A stretch of DNA of 63,384 nucleotides, counting the filler, from Atractiella rhizophila (lineage: Eukaryota): assembly GCA_021432655.1 (NCBI GenBank). It is 5 parts of 4 records of this genome, joined end to end, with 100 filler letters (N's around TTAATTAATTAA, not from the genome) between each part and the next. Parts side by side here need not be neighbours in the genome. Positions count along the whole stretch, not along the records: positions 31,256 to 50,003 come from MU271701.1; positions 50,104 to 56,343 come from MU271701.1; 3 more parts are not named here. The stretch is one strand, 5' to 3'. The position numbers and the translations under genes were made by a program. Within the stretch, counting starts at the first letter, position 1; each line of letters opens with the position of its first letter. Below, piece after piece: positions 38,102-51,254 of the stretch. The notes under the pieces are model-generated. The model searched no databases. It saw nothing but the letters and a program-made list of their open reading frames with translations, and was not told where the DNA came from.

Positions 38102-40599
38102 ATGGCGACGCTCATTCCGCCCCCTCCAAGCGTCAGAAACGCGAACAAGTCAAAGCGGACGACGAACTTTTGTCCAAAGCACAGGCAGATGTGCCAGTTG
38201 TCATCGTGCGTTTTGAAGATGGGCTGGACGGCAAAGAAATCGGGAATCGCGTTGCATTGCCTGCTAATACGGACGTCAGAGCATTGGAGCAGGTTGTGAA
38301 TCAACTGAGGGGACAGGTACGTTGTATTTCTTGAAGCTGGATCTTGTGGAATACGTACCTTTTGCAACTTCTGCACTCTCGAATTGAGCAAGTCGTTCTG
38401 AAGAGTGCGTGAAGCTGCCATGCACGTTTGAACGATTGCTGCTTGAACCTGTATCTTCTTGAGCAATCCCAAATTTCTTTGGTTGTAGCACCATGCCATG
38501 TACTTCTTATATATTGAGGAGCTTCCGCTGCTCAACTTGGAACTCCTGGTGCAAGAATCCTGTGTAACTTAGTCCACCTTGACAAGCTGTGATGGTTAAC
38601 GCTGTCAACCATAAACCAGCCCGTAGCAGGTCCCCACAGAGCATAATTTTCTTGATTGATGTTGTCAATCTAACCGAGCGGCTCATTCTCATTTTCTTCC
38701 AAATTATAGCGGATGAGATTAAAAATTGGCACCCGGAAATTTCTCATACTGTTACAACAATTCTGTGTCTCTTGCCATACTATTATTTTAGTCTGCCCCT
38801 TGCAGAAGAGATAAGCTGAGCTGCGTAACCTAGCAAGATGATCCCATCCCTTTCACCTTCTCACTCAATCTCCCTCCGCCGAAAGCCTCAAAGCCAGACG
38901 AAAATGTCATCTCCTCTCTCCCCATCGTGACCTCCATCCACGATCTTTACCTTGTCTCCAACATCCACGTCTCCCGCACTCCCATCTGTCGAATCCGTTC
39001 TCACACTCACTTGCCATCCTTCCGTCCCGTTCCGCGTTCGCCCAGTTACCCGTCTATCCTCTTCCTTGTCTGGCCACGGCAGCCCAATCCTTTGCGCTAC
39101 CTTCTCTCCCACAGGCAAATGGCTCGTGACTGGGAGTGGCGATCATGAAGCTAGATTGTGGGATATGGGGATAGAGTTACCTGCTGGTAAATTAGAGGGT
39201 CACAAAGGCTGGGTGCTTTGCGCGGAGTGGGAGGCAAGGGAAAGGCTTGTTGCTACTGGAAGCCATGACAATACTGTACGCTTGTCATTTATCTGTTTAC
39301 CGGTCTGACAGGAGGATCGGAAGGTAGATTAGGATTTGGGATCCAAAGACCTGCAAGTCCATCTACGAGCCCTTGAAGGGTCATACCAAATGGATCACTT
39401 CCTTGGCGTGGGAACCGATACACCTGTTTGTCTCCATTCCTTCTCTTTCTCAATAGCATGCTTAATTTGGACACATGAAGGAATCCTTCCTCACCTCGTC
39501 TCGCTTCCTCTTCGAAGGACTCCACCGTCCGAGTATGGAACATCAAGACCCGTCAGCTCGACTTCACGCTTGGCGGACACACTGACAAGGTGAATTGCGT
39601 GCGATGGGGTGGAGGTGCCGATGCTGGGATGCATGGCGGTGTCATTTATACGGCTAGTAGTGATCGCACGATCAAGGTTTGGGATGGCAAGGATGTGCGC
39701 TCCTATCTTCCATCCCTTAATGGTGAAAGTTGACGAGATTGATAACAGGGGAAGCTTTTGAGGACTTTGAGCGAGCACGCCCATTGGGTTAACACTCTTG
39801 CACTCAACACGGAGTTTGTGTTGAGAACTGGACCGTTTGATGAGAAGGGAATCCTACCATTAGACGATGAGGATGGTGCGTGTCCTTCCTACGCTGATCC
39901 CGTGCCATTTACATTGTATAAAAGCACGGAAGAAAGCTCAAGCGCGTTACGATGACTTCCTTCTCAAATCTGGTCAATCGGAGCGCTTGATTTCAGGCTC
40001 GGAGGATCACACACTCTTCGTCTGGCCTCCGCAAGTTGGTTCGCAAACGGGTGCGACCCCCAAAAAGCCTCTGGAGCGACTACTGGGACACCAAAAACAA
40101 ATAAACCATGTCTCGTTCTCGCCTGATGGGAAGTACGTTGCGAGTGCTGGATGGGACAATCACGTTAAGCTTTGGGATGGAAGGACTGGGAAGTGCGTTG
40201 CTGCTCGGAAAGTTGCGAATATGCACTGATGTAACGTTGGTGATAGGTTCGTTGCTACGCTCAGAGGGCATGTTGCCGCAGTTTATAGATTGGCCTGGTC
40301 AGCGGACTCTAGAATGCTCATCAGTGCTAGCAAGGATTCCACTCTGAAGGTAGGTCTTATTATTCCTTCTAGTCCCTTGACCTGCTAATCACCGCGATTC
40401 ATAGCTCTGGGACCTCAAGACATTTAAGATTAAAATGGACCTTCCGGGACATACTGATGAGGTCTATTGCGTGGATTTCATCGCCGATAAAGTCGCAAGT
40501 GGGGGCAAAGACAGGAAGGTTAGCATGTAAGTGATCCTCATCTTCTTCTTATCAAGGGTATTGATGGCATTGCTGGGGATTTTAAGATGGAAAAATTGA
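38102..40599 (+). CDS. RSA4: WD40 ribosome biogenesis factor Rsa4/Notchless
   Basis: MATLIPPP start, PFRVRPVTRLSSSLSGH, HAHWVNTLALNTEFVLRTGPFD, GHQKQINHVSFSPDG, DLPGHTDEVYCVDF; apparent 1-bp deletion in a C-run near 38120. Confidence 0.93.
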
Positions 40600-40881
40600 T
40601 GTGTTCAAGGTCGCGCTAGCATCAGATCGTCCCGTTTGCTGGTTTCCCGCTATTCAGTGCATTTATACTGCTGCTGCACCTTCTTTGATTTTGCATTGTA
40701 TCTTCTTCTATGTTGTCCACGGCCTTCGCTCTGCCATCTTATCATGAAAGCAAGTTCCCTTCACGAGTAGGGTTGAAGAACGTGACCGAACTCCGGGTAA
40801 TTTGACCACAAAAAGGCAGCATTACCTCAACAACCACCTCACTTTCTGCAACCAGTCGCCACCCATAAAATTTCATCCAAA

Positions 40882-42392
40882 ATGACTAGCGCTCTCGATC
40901 AACTGAAGCAGTACACCACCGTCGTCTCTGACACTGGAGATTTTGAGAGTGAGTCCTAATGACTTCCCGATCAGACAGCGCTGATCCCGATCTTTGAAGG
41001 TATCGCGTCCTACAAGCCTCAGGACGCTACTACTAACCCCGTGCGACCTCCTACTGAGTTCTTGACCCAATAAAACTGACCTTATGTTGTTTTCAGTCCC
41101 TGATCCTTCAAGCAGTGAAGAAGCCCCAATATGCTAGGCTGATCGATGTTGCCGTTAAGTACGGAAAGGAGAAGGGAGGGTGAGTGCTTTTTTCGCTGTG
41201 GTTAGTATGAGGTGATAATGGGATGTGAGTGTAGAGATATTGATTCTCAGGTCGATAACACTCTCGATCGTCTCGTCAGTCTCTCTCGCTACTTCACGGC
41301 GAATCGCTCCCTGCTGAACTGAGTTGAGAACAGCTTGTGGAATTTGGCAAGGAGATCCTTCAAATCGTTCCCGGCCGCGTTTCCACCGAGGTCGATGCTC
41401 GCTTCTCCTTCGACACGAAGGCCAACGTTGAAAAGGTCCTTTTCTTACTAAGTACTGTACATTTTGCTAAGGAGAGGTTTAGGCTCGCCACTTGATTGAG
41501 CTCTATAAATCTGTCGGTATCGAAAAAGACAGAATCTTGATCAAGATTGCGTCTACTTTCGAAGGCATTCAGGCGGCTAGGATCCTCGAGAGGGACTACC
41601 AGATCCATTGCAATTTGACACTGCTCTTCGGCTTCCCTCAGGCTGTCGCCTGTGCTGAAGCTGGCGTTACTCTCATCTCTCCCTTTGTCGGTGCGTTTGC
41701 GCACAAGCGTCACTTAAAGCGAGCACTCATCGTTACGCCAGGGAGAATTCTTGACTGGCACAAGAAGAACAAGCCGGAGGCAAATTACGATGGCGCCAAC
41801 GATCCTGGAGTCAAGAGTGTCCAAAGGATTTACAAGTACGATTTCATCCGCGACCTCCATTTAAGACGCTGACATGCCAAAAGCTATTATAAGCAGCACG
41901 GATACAAGACCATTGGTAGGTCACCTTCAGGCTTCAGTGCATACTCTTTCTTACAACGCGTGTTTGTCAGTCATGGGCGCCTCTTTCAGGAACACTGGCG
42001 AGATTAAGGAATTGACGGGTTGCGATTTCCTTACTATTTCACCTAACCTTCTCGAAGAACTCCATAAGTCAACTGAGAAGCTCGAAGTCAAGCTTTCTGC
42101 CGAAGCGGGTGCGTGACATCCTTCACCTTTCACCGTCATCCACTGACGCCTCATTTCCTGTACTCCTAGCGACCAAAGCCGAATCTCACCCCAAGGTTTC
42201 TTTCATCGATAAGGAGTCTGACTTCCGCTGGGCTCTTCTTGTGCGTCGATTCCACTGACAAGTCTCCTCCTTGCTGACCGGTATATACAGGAGGATCAAA
42301 TGGCGTTTGACAAGCTCCATGAGGGTATTAAGAAATTCGCTGAGGACGCTGAGACTTTGAAAGGAATTCTCAGGCAGAAGCTCAGCGCTTAA
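40882..42392 (+). CDS. TAL1: Transaldolase
   Basis: [76 protein letters not shown]. Confidence 0.97.
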
Positions 42393-42902
42393 AATTTTGC
42401 ACTACTCCGGCAAGCAAAGATAGACGGTCGAAGTGTAAAATTCTTGTTTCCGATTTGTAACTCATACGAAGGAATTAAATAACAACGTTGTACCCTCATT
42501 TGACCGAGGAATGCGGAAGACAGTGTATGCTTCAAGTTACCTATGCCAGGAGATAATGCAGGTCGACGCCTGTATCAATTTTGAATCAATTTGTGCGCAT
42601 GAAAATGGAATTAAAGCTGCTAAAGTCAAGATACTCATGTTCCCTTTGCTGTTGCGGCAGATGCGTTTAACTTGAAGTTTTGAAGGCATTTCTTTTCTCC
42701 GTATAACGAGAGAGAGAGGTATCGTCCAATAATGTTTTAAATAGGACCGTCCATGAGGTTTCGAAGAGAATGTGAACACTGACAATGAAGAAAATAAAGA
42801 TCCGAAAAGAACGTCGAAGGCCAGGGCCATATGGAATCCATCGCCAAAAAACAGTTCTCGTCCTACCATGACCGATGTTTGCCCTCCAACGAAAGCGGTG
42901 CA

Positions 42903-44384
42903 TTAAAGGCTAGAACTAGGGCGTGGTTGTGTTCCCAGCGGCACACCGTCTGACCCCTCGTTAGCATTTGTACTGTTTATAAGGGAAACACATAAAAAGA
43001 AGCTGCTACGAGAAACGTACATTGGTTGCTATTATCGAACTCGTAATCAGACAACCCTCCCAGCCTAGCCTCTTCCTCTCCTATGCTATTCCTTCCTTGG
43101 CAATGCCGTGTATGCCTAGGAGAATAGGGGAGATGACAGGTTTTCTCATTCAAACTTGGATAATAGAGATGATAGCAGAAGAATGCCACAACAAGTCCAA
43201 GCACAGCGCCAGCGATGACGTCCGTGGCGTGATGCCTTTTTCCTTGAACGTTCAACGCCTCGCCTTTATGGACAGGAAATACGAACCTATAGTCTTCAGT
43301 CCTCGTAATGGCCACATAGGTCGCACCGAAGAGAGGAAAGACTGCGATCCAAGCTTTGAGGGTGTGTCCTTTCTTGTCGAAAAGGTGGAATTTGCCAGCA
43401 AGGTATAACGAGAGGTATCCGAACCCACAAAAAGCGCCAGTACTATGTCCTACACAACGACAACGCGCAAGAAATGAGTTAGCATAGGCTCAAGGAAACC
43501 GAAGGAGATGGATCGTATGTACCGGATGGGAAACTCCTGAACCCGTCCTTTAGCAAATCGGTGCGTGTGCAGATTGCATCGGTAACGAGACCGTAGACGG
43601 CCGCATTCATAGATCCCGTGGCAGGCTGACAGCTATCGCAAACATCAGCAAGAACGTAGGCCTAACACTGGGAAGGAGTACCGATCGATAAGATCCGGAC
43701 GTGGTCGTCCGACAGATATCTTGATGAGCTGACACAGGGACTCAGAGATAGCCCAAGTAAGCAACAGTCCTAGAGCGCCTTCCAACCCGTCTTCGATTAG
43801 CCTTCAAAAAAAAAAGGGATGGGAACGGACCATTGTGTGCATCCCAAAAACTTCGCATCAAGAGGAGAGAAATAAACAATATGATGACGCTGTCATTTCC
43901 CTTTTATCAGGAAAACTCGTAGAACAGAGTTGAGGAAATGACAGACAGCGGTCCAACTCCAGCGATCAGGACAGCAGCCCAGAATGTGATGCGCTCTGTA
44001 ATTGCATATGTGTGTTGAATTGAGGTGTCGGTGAGCGAGAACTCCCTCCGAAAGCCATGTATCTTGTCCAATGCCTGTCACATCATCAACGCTATAGCGA
44101 TAGAGGACTGAAAAGGAGACAGACAAGAAAAGCGCCAAGGAACAGAATTGAGATTATCCAATCTACCGCAGTGGACGGGATGAGTATTCAAGGTGAATTC
44201 TGCGAGAGAGAGGTGAAAACAGACCGGGCAAGTATCCCAAAAGCAATATTCTCCTCTCACTCCATTTTTGGTTGGGACGCACTCTCCTCTCTCTGTCTCC
44301 TCGCCATAGATGAGCAGGAATGAATCCAAACTTATCCGCACCCTCTTCCTCGCTCTTAGAAGAGACCTGGTTGTCAAGGGGCAT
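42903..44384 (-). CDS. PAP2-family lipid phosphate phosphatase (Dpp1/Lpp1-like)
   Basis: KISVGRPRPDLIDR, DGFRSFPSG|HS, RTEDYR|HHATDVIAG motifs across short introns; 3' end approximate. Confidence 0.88.
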
Positions 44385-46050
44385 TTGAGCTTCTCGAACA
44401 GAGTTTACTGGGTTCCCTTGCTGTCCTCAGGCTCCGAGATGTTGAGACTTATTATTCCTTTATGGTGAATCAATGCTGGATCGAAAGATTCTCGAGTCTC
44501 TGTCTCTTAAACGGCAGCCAAAGATCTATGAGAACAAGATGGCGTTGTTGCCGCCTCTCCAGTTTCTCGAGTCCAAGGAGCAAATGCTTTCTCTGAGGCG
44601 TTATTTGAGCACTAAAGGGCGATTGTCTGAGAGAGGTTGAAGTGGATGAGAAATTAGCTGGAATTATGAAGGCTAAGAGATGACTAAGAGGATGTTGCCC
44701 TTGTGAGGATGTGATTGTAAAGTAAAGGGAGTGGCGTTGACCTGACGTGAGAGCTTAAAGCAAGAGCCAGCTGGTCAAACGAAGGTGTGACTCTCGCTTT
44801 CCGATCATCCTGGAATGCTTTTGAAACCAAACGCTGGAGACAATGCCTCCGACTGAAGGTATACTTGGATCCAGTCTGCGTCGAGACTGTAATATGAGAC
44901 AGTCGCATACAATCGCACCAATCACGTGGAACAGGACTGTTAGTTTGGATTGGACCTATGAAAGTGAAAGATGATCAAAGCCATTATCAGTACAGTTTAG
45001 ACACTTCCTTGGTCCTTTAATGGCACAAGAAGCTTCGGAAATTGTGTATTTACGACGTGGGCGGTTCTAGATGCGAATCGATGATTGGCTGGAATATCTC
45101 GAAGGACAAGATTCACTCAGCGAGGCAGCGCACCTCTCTATAATCAGAAGCAAATCATTCTGAAACAAAAGACCTTTATGCCAAGGTCTCCACTTGCAGA
45201 CCAAATGCGATGCGAAGGAGTGTGATCAGCAGAACTTGAGACAGATGAGCGAAAGCACGTCGTCAACTTTGAGTCTGTTCGCACATTGATTTCAGACAAA
45301 AGATGGCAGTAGCAGAAAATGATAATAAATCGACGCACAACGATGAAAGCTTGCATTTTCTAACTTCAGATACGACTTCTCATAGCTAGGAGCTGCTGAA
45401 GGATGATATTAGACCAATGAAAAATGACCTTGAAACGCTGGGGACGGTTCATCACTCCCTCTGCACATCAGCACATTCCTACATTTAAGCAAAGCAGCCT
45501 AGTGTGCGGTTTGCATCTCGTTCTCCTTAACTCCTTAACAGACAAAGACAAAGAAAAGATGTCATCAATTCCCATCTGTCAATTCATACGAGGTATGGAA
45601 ACTTTCGGGGGTCGCCATGGGTCAATTGCATTTTACGTCTGAAAGTCTCAATGCCATCGGCAAATGCTCCACGATGAGCTGGAAACACATCAGAAATTTT
45701 TTTTTTTGTTTTCTCCATTGTCTCTGTACTTATTGCTGAGAAGTGTAGTCCAGCAACCTTCAAGCCCTTCTATCACTGTCAGTGGCGCAACACGCACCTA
45801 AACGCCGTCTTCCTTCAGCCTCCTTTCCCCACCACCTCCTACTTCCTTCCGACATGCACCTCCCCCACTCCTGCTTTTCCCAATCTATCCTGGCGGAGAG
45901 GATGTGTAGCAAAAGGTGGTTGTTGCTTTGACCGGGAAGAACCGGCAATCACGCGACTTTTTGACGCGTCAAAAGCCGACCACCGTTTCCACAAATTCCT
46001 CCATCCGGGGTTTTTTGTTTCATCTCAGCTCGTTAGAATAGAAGGGAAGG

Positions 46051-47438
46051 ATGGCATCGAAATCGACGTCTGAAAAAGTGCAGGAGAAGGCGGTGGAGGT
46101 GGAACAACAGGCGAAAGCTGCTACGAGTGGTGTGAAATCTTTTCTGAGTGGTGGATTCGGAGGAGTATGCTGTGTCGTCGTCGGTGCGCCTTCTCCATCT
46201 TTCTCATAGTCTAGCGATGGGTTGTGACCTAAATGTTTGATTCGGACTGAAGGTCATCCCTTCGATTTGACAAAAACAAGGCTGCAGACTGCTCCGAAAG
46301 GTGTCTACACTGGAGCAGCTGATGTGGTCAAGCAGACCTTTGCAAAGGACGGCCTCAAAGGGTACTTCATCTCCTCTCATCCAGGACACAGCACATAATG
46401 AAAATACCAAAGGTTTTATCGCGGGATGGGCTCTCCCCTGGCAGGTGTAACACCAATGTTCGCGGTCTCCTTCTGGGTCTGTCTTCCTACCACTCTAAAT
46501 CCTTATCAAGACTGAGGTGTGGGGACCGCAGGGATACGCAATGGGCAAGAAACTCGTCTACGCCGCTACTCCTAATCGTACCGACCCACAGCTCTCCCTC
46601 CCCGAATTTGCAGCAGCTGGTTTCTTCTCTGCCATTCCCACCACCTTCATTGCCGCGCCAATGGAGCGGATAAAGGTCGTCCTGCAGGTGTGTTGCCATT
46701 GCTGTCTTCGGTATTTGGTACCAGACGATGTTCATTTGTATGTCAGGTCGACGGTCAAGGTGGCACAGAACGCAAATACAAAGGTCCAATCGACGTTATT
46801 GGCAAACTGTACAAAGAAGGAGGGGTGCGTTCCATCTTTCGTGGGACGCTAGGAACAATCGCAAGGGACGGGCCAGGTAGCGCCGCGTAAGTATTCTTGC
46901 TCCTGTTCCCCATGGTCGATTTTTGAGTAGAGACTGATTGGACGGTAACAGATACTTTGCAGCATACGAAGCCTCCAAGAAAGCTCTGACTCCAGCCGGC
47001 GCATCTGCCTCCGACCTCAACCTCGGAGCTGTGATCGCCTCTGGTGGACTTGCAGGAGTAGCAATGTGGTTGATCGCGCTGCCGCCTGACGTTTGTCACC
47101 CATTCGCCTCTATGTCTTGCTTTTGGCTCGAATTGACCAATGTTCGTCATGGTTTGTAGGTAATCAAGTCGAGGCTGCAGGCGGCTCCCCATGGAGTGTA
47201 CTCCGGTTTCATGGACTGTGCACGGAAGACGATTGCGCAAGATGGGGTCGGTGCGCTGTTCAAAGGATTTGGACCAGCTATGGCCAGGGTAAGAGTTGCT
47301 TTCATCTCTTGCTGGTGATCAGGAAACGAGGATCGAGCTGGAGCTGACATGACGTGGTGCGGACAGGCTATACCAGCGAATGCTGCTACGTTCTTAGGTG
47401 TAGAGGCATCGATGAAGTTCATGAACAGCATGTTCTAG
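46051..47438 (+). CDS. CRC1: Mitochondrial carnitine/acylcarnitine carrier
   Basis: SFLSGGFGGVCCVVV|GHPFDLTKTRLQT, GVTPMFAVSFW|GY, APMERIKVVLQ, ARDGPGSAA|YF, AIPANAATFLGVE. Confidence 0.93.
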
Positions 47439-47578
47439 TTTAGTGCTTATCTTTATACAAGGACTAGGAAGGGGCATATTGTACATGGTCGCATCATAGA
47501 CTTTGTCGTATCGTTATCAAATCCAATAATCCAACGTAACAAGCTTGTCACATCAGCAACCACGGTCACACAGAGTAG

Positions 47579-48889
47579 CTACAGCTCCGGATTAAGGTCG
47601 AGTTCGAATCCAGCGACGATCCCTTCCTTCTTCTTCTCCCTCTCCCTCTCCCTCTTCCCCCGCTCCCTCCGGCCCATCTCCAGTCTGACTTCTTCCAACC
47701 TCCTCCTCCCCTCCTCATCCACCACCGGAGGTTTCGTCTCGCTAATCTCCCCAACGCTACCCCTTAGTATCGACGCCGCCAATCTTCCTTGACGCATGGA
47801 CGTCTCGGATGGGAAGGGCGGCCGGATGTGTGGTGGGAGGACGGTGCTCTGGAGGGTTTGGAGAGAGGAGGGGAGGGAGGAGAGGGAGGAGGTGAAGGGA
47901 GCAAGACGCTGAGCGTGCGTGAGGATTCGGGTCGAAGAGAGAGGGTCTACAGTGGGTTAATGGAATGGTTAGTCTCTTGTGATAAACTGAACCGCAAAAT
48001 GTATCCATCCATCAAAGGTTAGGATGCCCGTCTTTCATGGGTGCAAAGTCATGAGACCATGAGATGATCCAGATCCAGTCATCTGCGTGCGACAGGAAAG
48101 ATCTACGCGAGAGAGTGTCCTCACGATCAAATGTGCCTCTAGTCAGCTACAGGTGCAATGAAGGTCATGATAGAAGCCCTACGAGGCCCTGACACATTTA
48201 CTTAGACTAAGCATTGACAATTACATACTCAATCTCAGAGGTTACAAAGGAACGGAAAATAATGCAGACCACAAAGGTAGGACAATGCAGCCTTCTGAAA
48301 ATGTCCAAAAACTTCACGGAATTCAACGATTGAGCAATGTAGAAAATCCACAATTACTAATTCTCGTGCAATTAAGGACAGATTCTCTAGTAACACAGGC
48401 GGAGTATGTTGAAGGGAAGAGGCACTCACTTATCCTTGCATCCTCTATCTCCCTCTTCTCCCTCTGCCACTCTTCCCCTGCACCACACTCCTTCAACGCC
48501 TCCTCCATTCTCTCTATTCTCTCCAGAGCCTCTTCCCACTCATCCTCCTCTTCCTCAACGCTCAAAACCAATCCCTCAATCACAGCCTGATTCCTCCTGT
48601 GTTCCCTCGCATACACTCCCAGCGTTTCCTGTAGCCTCTCGTCCGTCATTATCAGGTCAGAGATAATGCTCGCTAGCGGCGAATCCGTGGCGGAAGCTAC
48701 GGCGGATTGAGGAAGCGTAATGGAACGTGAGGAAGAGACGGTGGATGCGAGGGTGAAAAGTCGGACGAGGTGAGATTCGAGTGATGAGAGTTGGGCCAGC
48801 AGCTGGTCCCGTATTGGCGTCGCGTACTTTGCGTTCGTGTCTGCAAGATCCGTTGCAGACTGACTGATATCACCCTTTGAGGACTCCAT
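47579..48889 (-). CDS. MED4: Mediator subunit 4
   Basis: Coiled N-terminal exon, intron 48429-47947, then ILTHAQRLAPFTSS...PPFPSETSMRQGRL...FELDLNPEL*. Confidence 0.8.
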
Positions 48890-49009
48890 CTTACGCGTGC
48901 CCAAGCGAAGTGGTTCAGGTTCAAGTTAAAAGGCAGATTTGATCACGTGACGCTTTTGAGAGGAGTTGAATAAAAGTGCCTTGAAAAGACCAGAAAAGCA
49001 GGAAGAAGT
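48890..49009. promoter_or_regulatory. Compact bidirectional promoter between MED4 and PRP38, with TCACGTGA and ACGCGT
   Basis: 120 bp between divergent ATGs; CACGTG at 48944-48949. Confidence 0.55.
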
Positions 49010-50003
49010 ATGGCTAATACCACCGTGCGAGGAGCCCTTTCGATCCATGGCAAAAACCCACAGGTGCGTATCTATTTCTCACATTTTGTTCCGCCTTTCG
49101 AGTTTATTTTGTTCTCGCGTGTTCCAGCCCAGAACTTCATGCTGGCCATCAACCAGACCCTCTAACGCAACAAAGTGCAAAAACTTAAAACTGCTGTCTG
49201 TGTCAATAAAAGTTTAGAATGTCTCTAGCTATAAAGAAACAGCTATGAGTACGGCTTTCCTTGCTAATAACATACTGCATTGTCGCTTCTCGAAAGATCC
49301 TTCAACTGAGCGACTCTCTATACGCCCTAGTTCCTCGTCGAGCGCGTCATCAGAGGTCGAATCTACGAGTCACTCTACTGGAAAGAACACTGTTTCGCTC
49401 TCACTGCAGCGACCATCATTGACAAGGCACTGGAGCTCAAGTTTATTGGAGGGACGTATGCGAATCTTAAGCCGACAGAATTCATGTGTCTTTCCCTCAA
49501 GTTGCTGCAGATACAGCCCGAGAAGGCTATAGTGTTAGAGTATTTGAAGGCAGAGGAATACAAGTTCGTGCTCCTTTTATGAAATACACCCAAGGAGAGG
49601 ATGTCACTGATAAGTGTTGGAATAGGTATCTGAGGGCATTGGCTGTATTTTACATTCGTCTCACTTTTTCTCCACTTGAGGTGTATCAGACTCTCGAACC
49701 GCTACTCAATGACTACCGAAAAATACGCTATCGATCAATGGGTGTGTTCTCTTCCTGTCACATTTTCCCATTGGTGATTCTCGCCATCACATCTTCAGAC
49801 GGAAGCTATTCTATTACAACGATGGACTCCTTTATTGACTCCCTTCTGCGATCCGAAAGAGTCTGCGACATCCAGCTGCCCCGCCTCACACAACGAAAGG
49901 TGTTGGAAGAAACCGAAGAGCTGGAGCCGCGGACAAGCAAGCTGGGAAAGGCAATATTGGGTGAGAGAGAACGTAGCGTGACGCCAGAGGAGGAGAGGCA
50001 GCG
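49010..50003 (+). CDS. PRP38: Pre-mRNA splicing factor Prp38, 3' end lost at a linker
   Basis: MANTTVRGALSIHGKNPQ|FLVERVIRGRIYESLYWKEHCF, KLLQIQPEK, YLRALAVFYIRL, LEPLLNDYRKIR, ERVCDIQLPRL. Confidence 0.95.
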
Positions 50004-50103
50004 NNNNNNNNNNNNNNNNNNNNNNNNNNNNNNNNNNNNNNNNNNNNTTAATTAATTAANNNNNNNNNNNNNNNNNNNNNNNNNNNNNNNNNNNNNNNNN
50101 NNN

Positions 50104-51254
50104 ACTAGCTCTAATGTGTAGTTGACTAGGGCTTCCACCTTCGATTGTCGTATTTCCCCATATTGTCGTAAGTCTCCTTCTAGCTTTAGAGTTGCTAAGG
50201 AAGGCGACCCTTGTGGCATAATTGAAGAATGGGTAGAAGACATAGAACCTGGTATGGTTTTAGCACAGACACTTGTACCTTGTACTGGAACTCACCTCGG
50301 GCACATAAAGTCGCGATAATTACGTCGCTGGAGAAAAAAAGTCAAAAGGTGGAATGAAAGGAAGGAGACGGACGCATGCTTTCCCATCTTCTTGGGATTG
50401 AGACCACTGTCCCAGAACGCTTTGGGTAGGTCCTCATATAAAGGCAGAAACATACTGCAGTTTTGTTAGTATTGGTTAAGAGTTAACTGCACCTACAATT
50501 CGGGCTGTCGTGTCAAACTGCGGCTTCTGTCAAAGAGGAAGTTTGTTAAGTGCTGCATACCTCTCATTGACAAGCTCAAAGCTCAAGCTCTTGGCTAGCT
50601 CAACATCCTTCAGCCGATTTGAGGAACTGCTAGGTCGCAAGTTCGAATCTTCAGCTTGACGGTACAACGAGCGAAATCTTTTCTTCAATGGAGGACCCTG
50701 AGCCTGAAAGCTCGAATCTTGGACAGAAGCCAGAATTTGCTGGATTTCTTCTTCTAAAGACCTGCAAATCATTAAAATTCGATGGCTGGAGGTAGATCAA
50801 AGGATCGTGTGGGGACGAACAATTTATTGGTCTGCCGTTCATTCCTTGTATTGGCAAGCAATAAATAATACTCAGAAGTGCATCTCTGTTTCAGTCGTAA
50901 ACAGCGTTGACATGCAACGACTTTTGGTTCATTTGAGCCCGACCAGATGCATTCAGCGGCGTCATCGATACATTGATCACACACTTCGAGGGCTTCACGA
51001 AGACGTGGTGTGTTCGCTCGGGGCGGTGTGACAGAGGATGGCGATGGCGGCAGTCCGATGCTTTGTAGGAAGACGGCCTCAAGTTGGGATATGGAAGGAT
51101 GCACATGATTGATTGGATAGGAAGCCGACGTCGTGGGATAAGAACTTGAAGAGCTGTTATCATTTGAAGGCTGGGGACTGGAGGGTAGATCTTCTAAAGC
51201 TCGTGGGAGTGAGCTCCAGTGATGATGGTTATGGGAATAGGGTCGATAATACAT
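50104..51254 (-). CDS. Zn(II)2Cys6 transcription factor, 3' end lost at a linker
   Basis: CDQCIDDAAEC...ACQRCLRLKQRC binuclear cluster; downstream spliced exons VIIATLCAR|GSMSSTHS...DLRQYGEIRQ. Confidence 0.75.

Noticed and set aside
12364..49330. Intronic box C/D snoRNAs or tRNAs as the cause of the long first introns
   Set aside because: No convincing box C/D pair with a terminal stem, or cloverleaf, seen by eye; a covariance search would be needed to exclude them fully
50104..50335. TA-rich sequence after a linker as a fourth mirror block
   Set aside because: Normal minus-strand reading gives canonical splice sites and a continuous exon of the Zn2Cys6 gene
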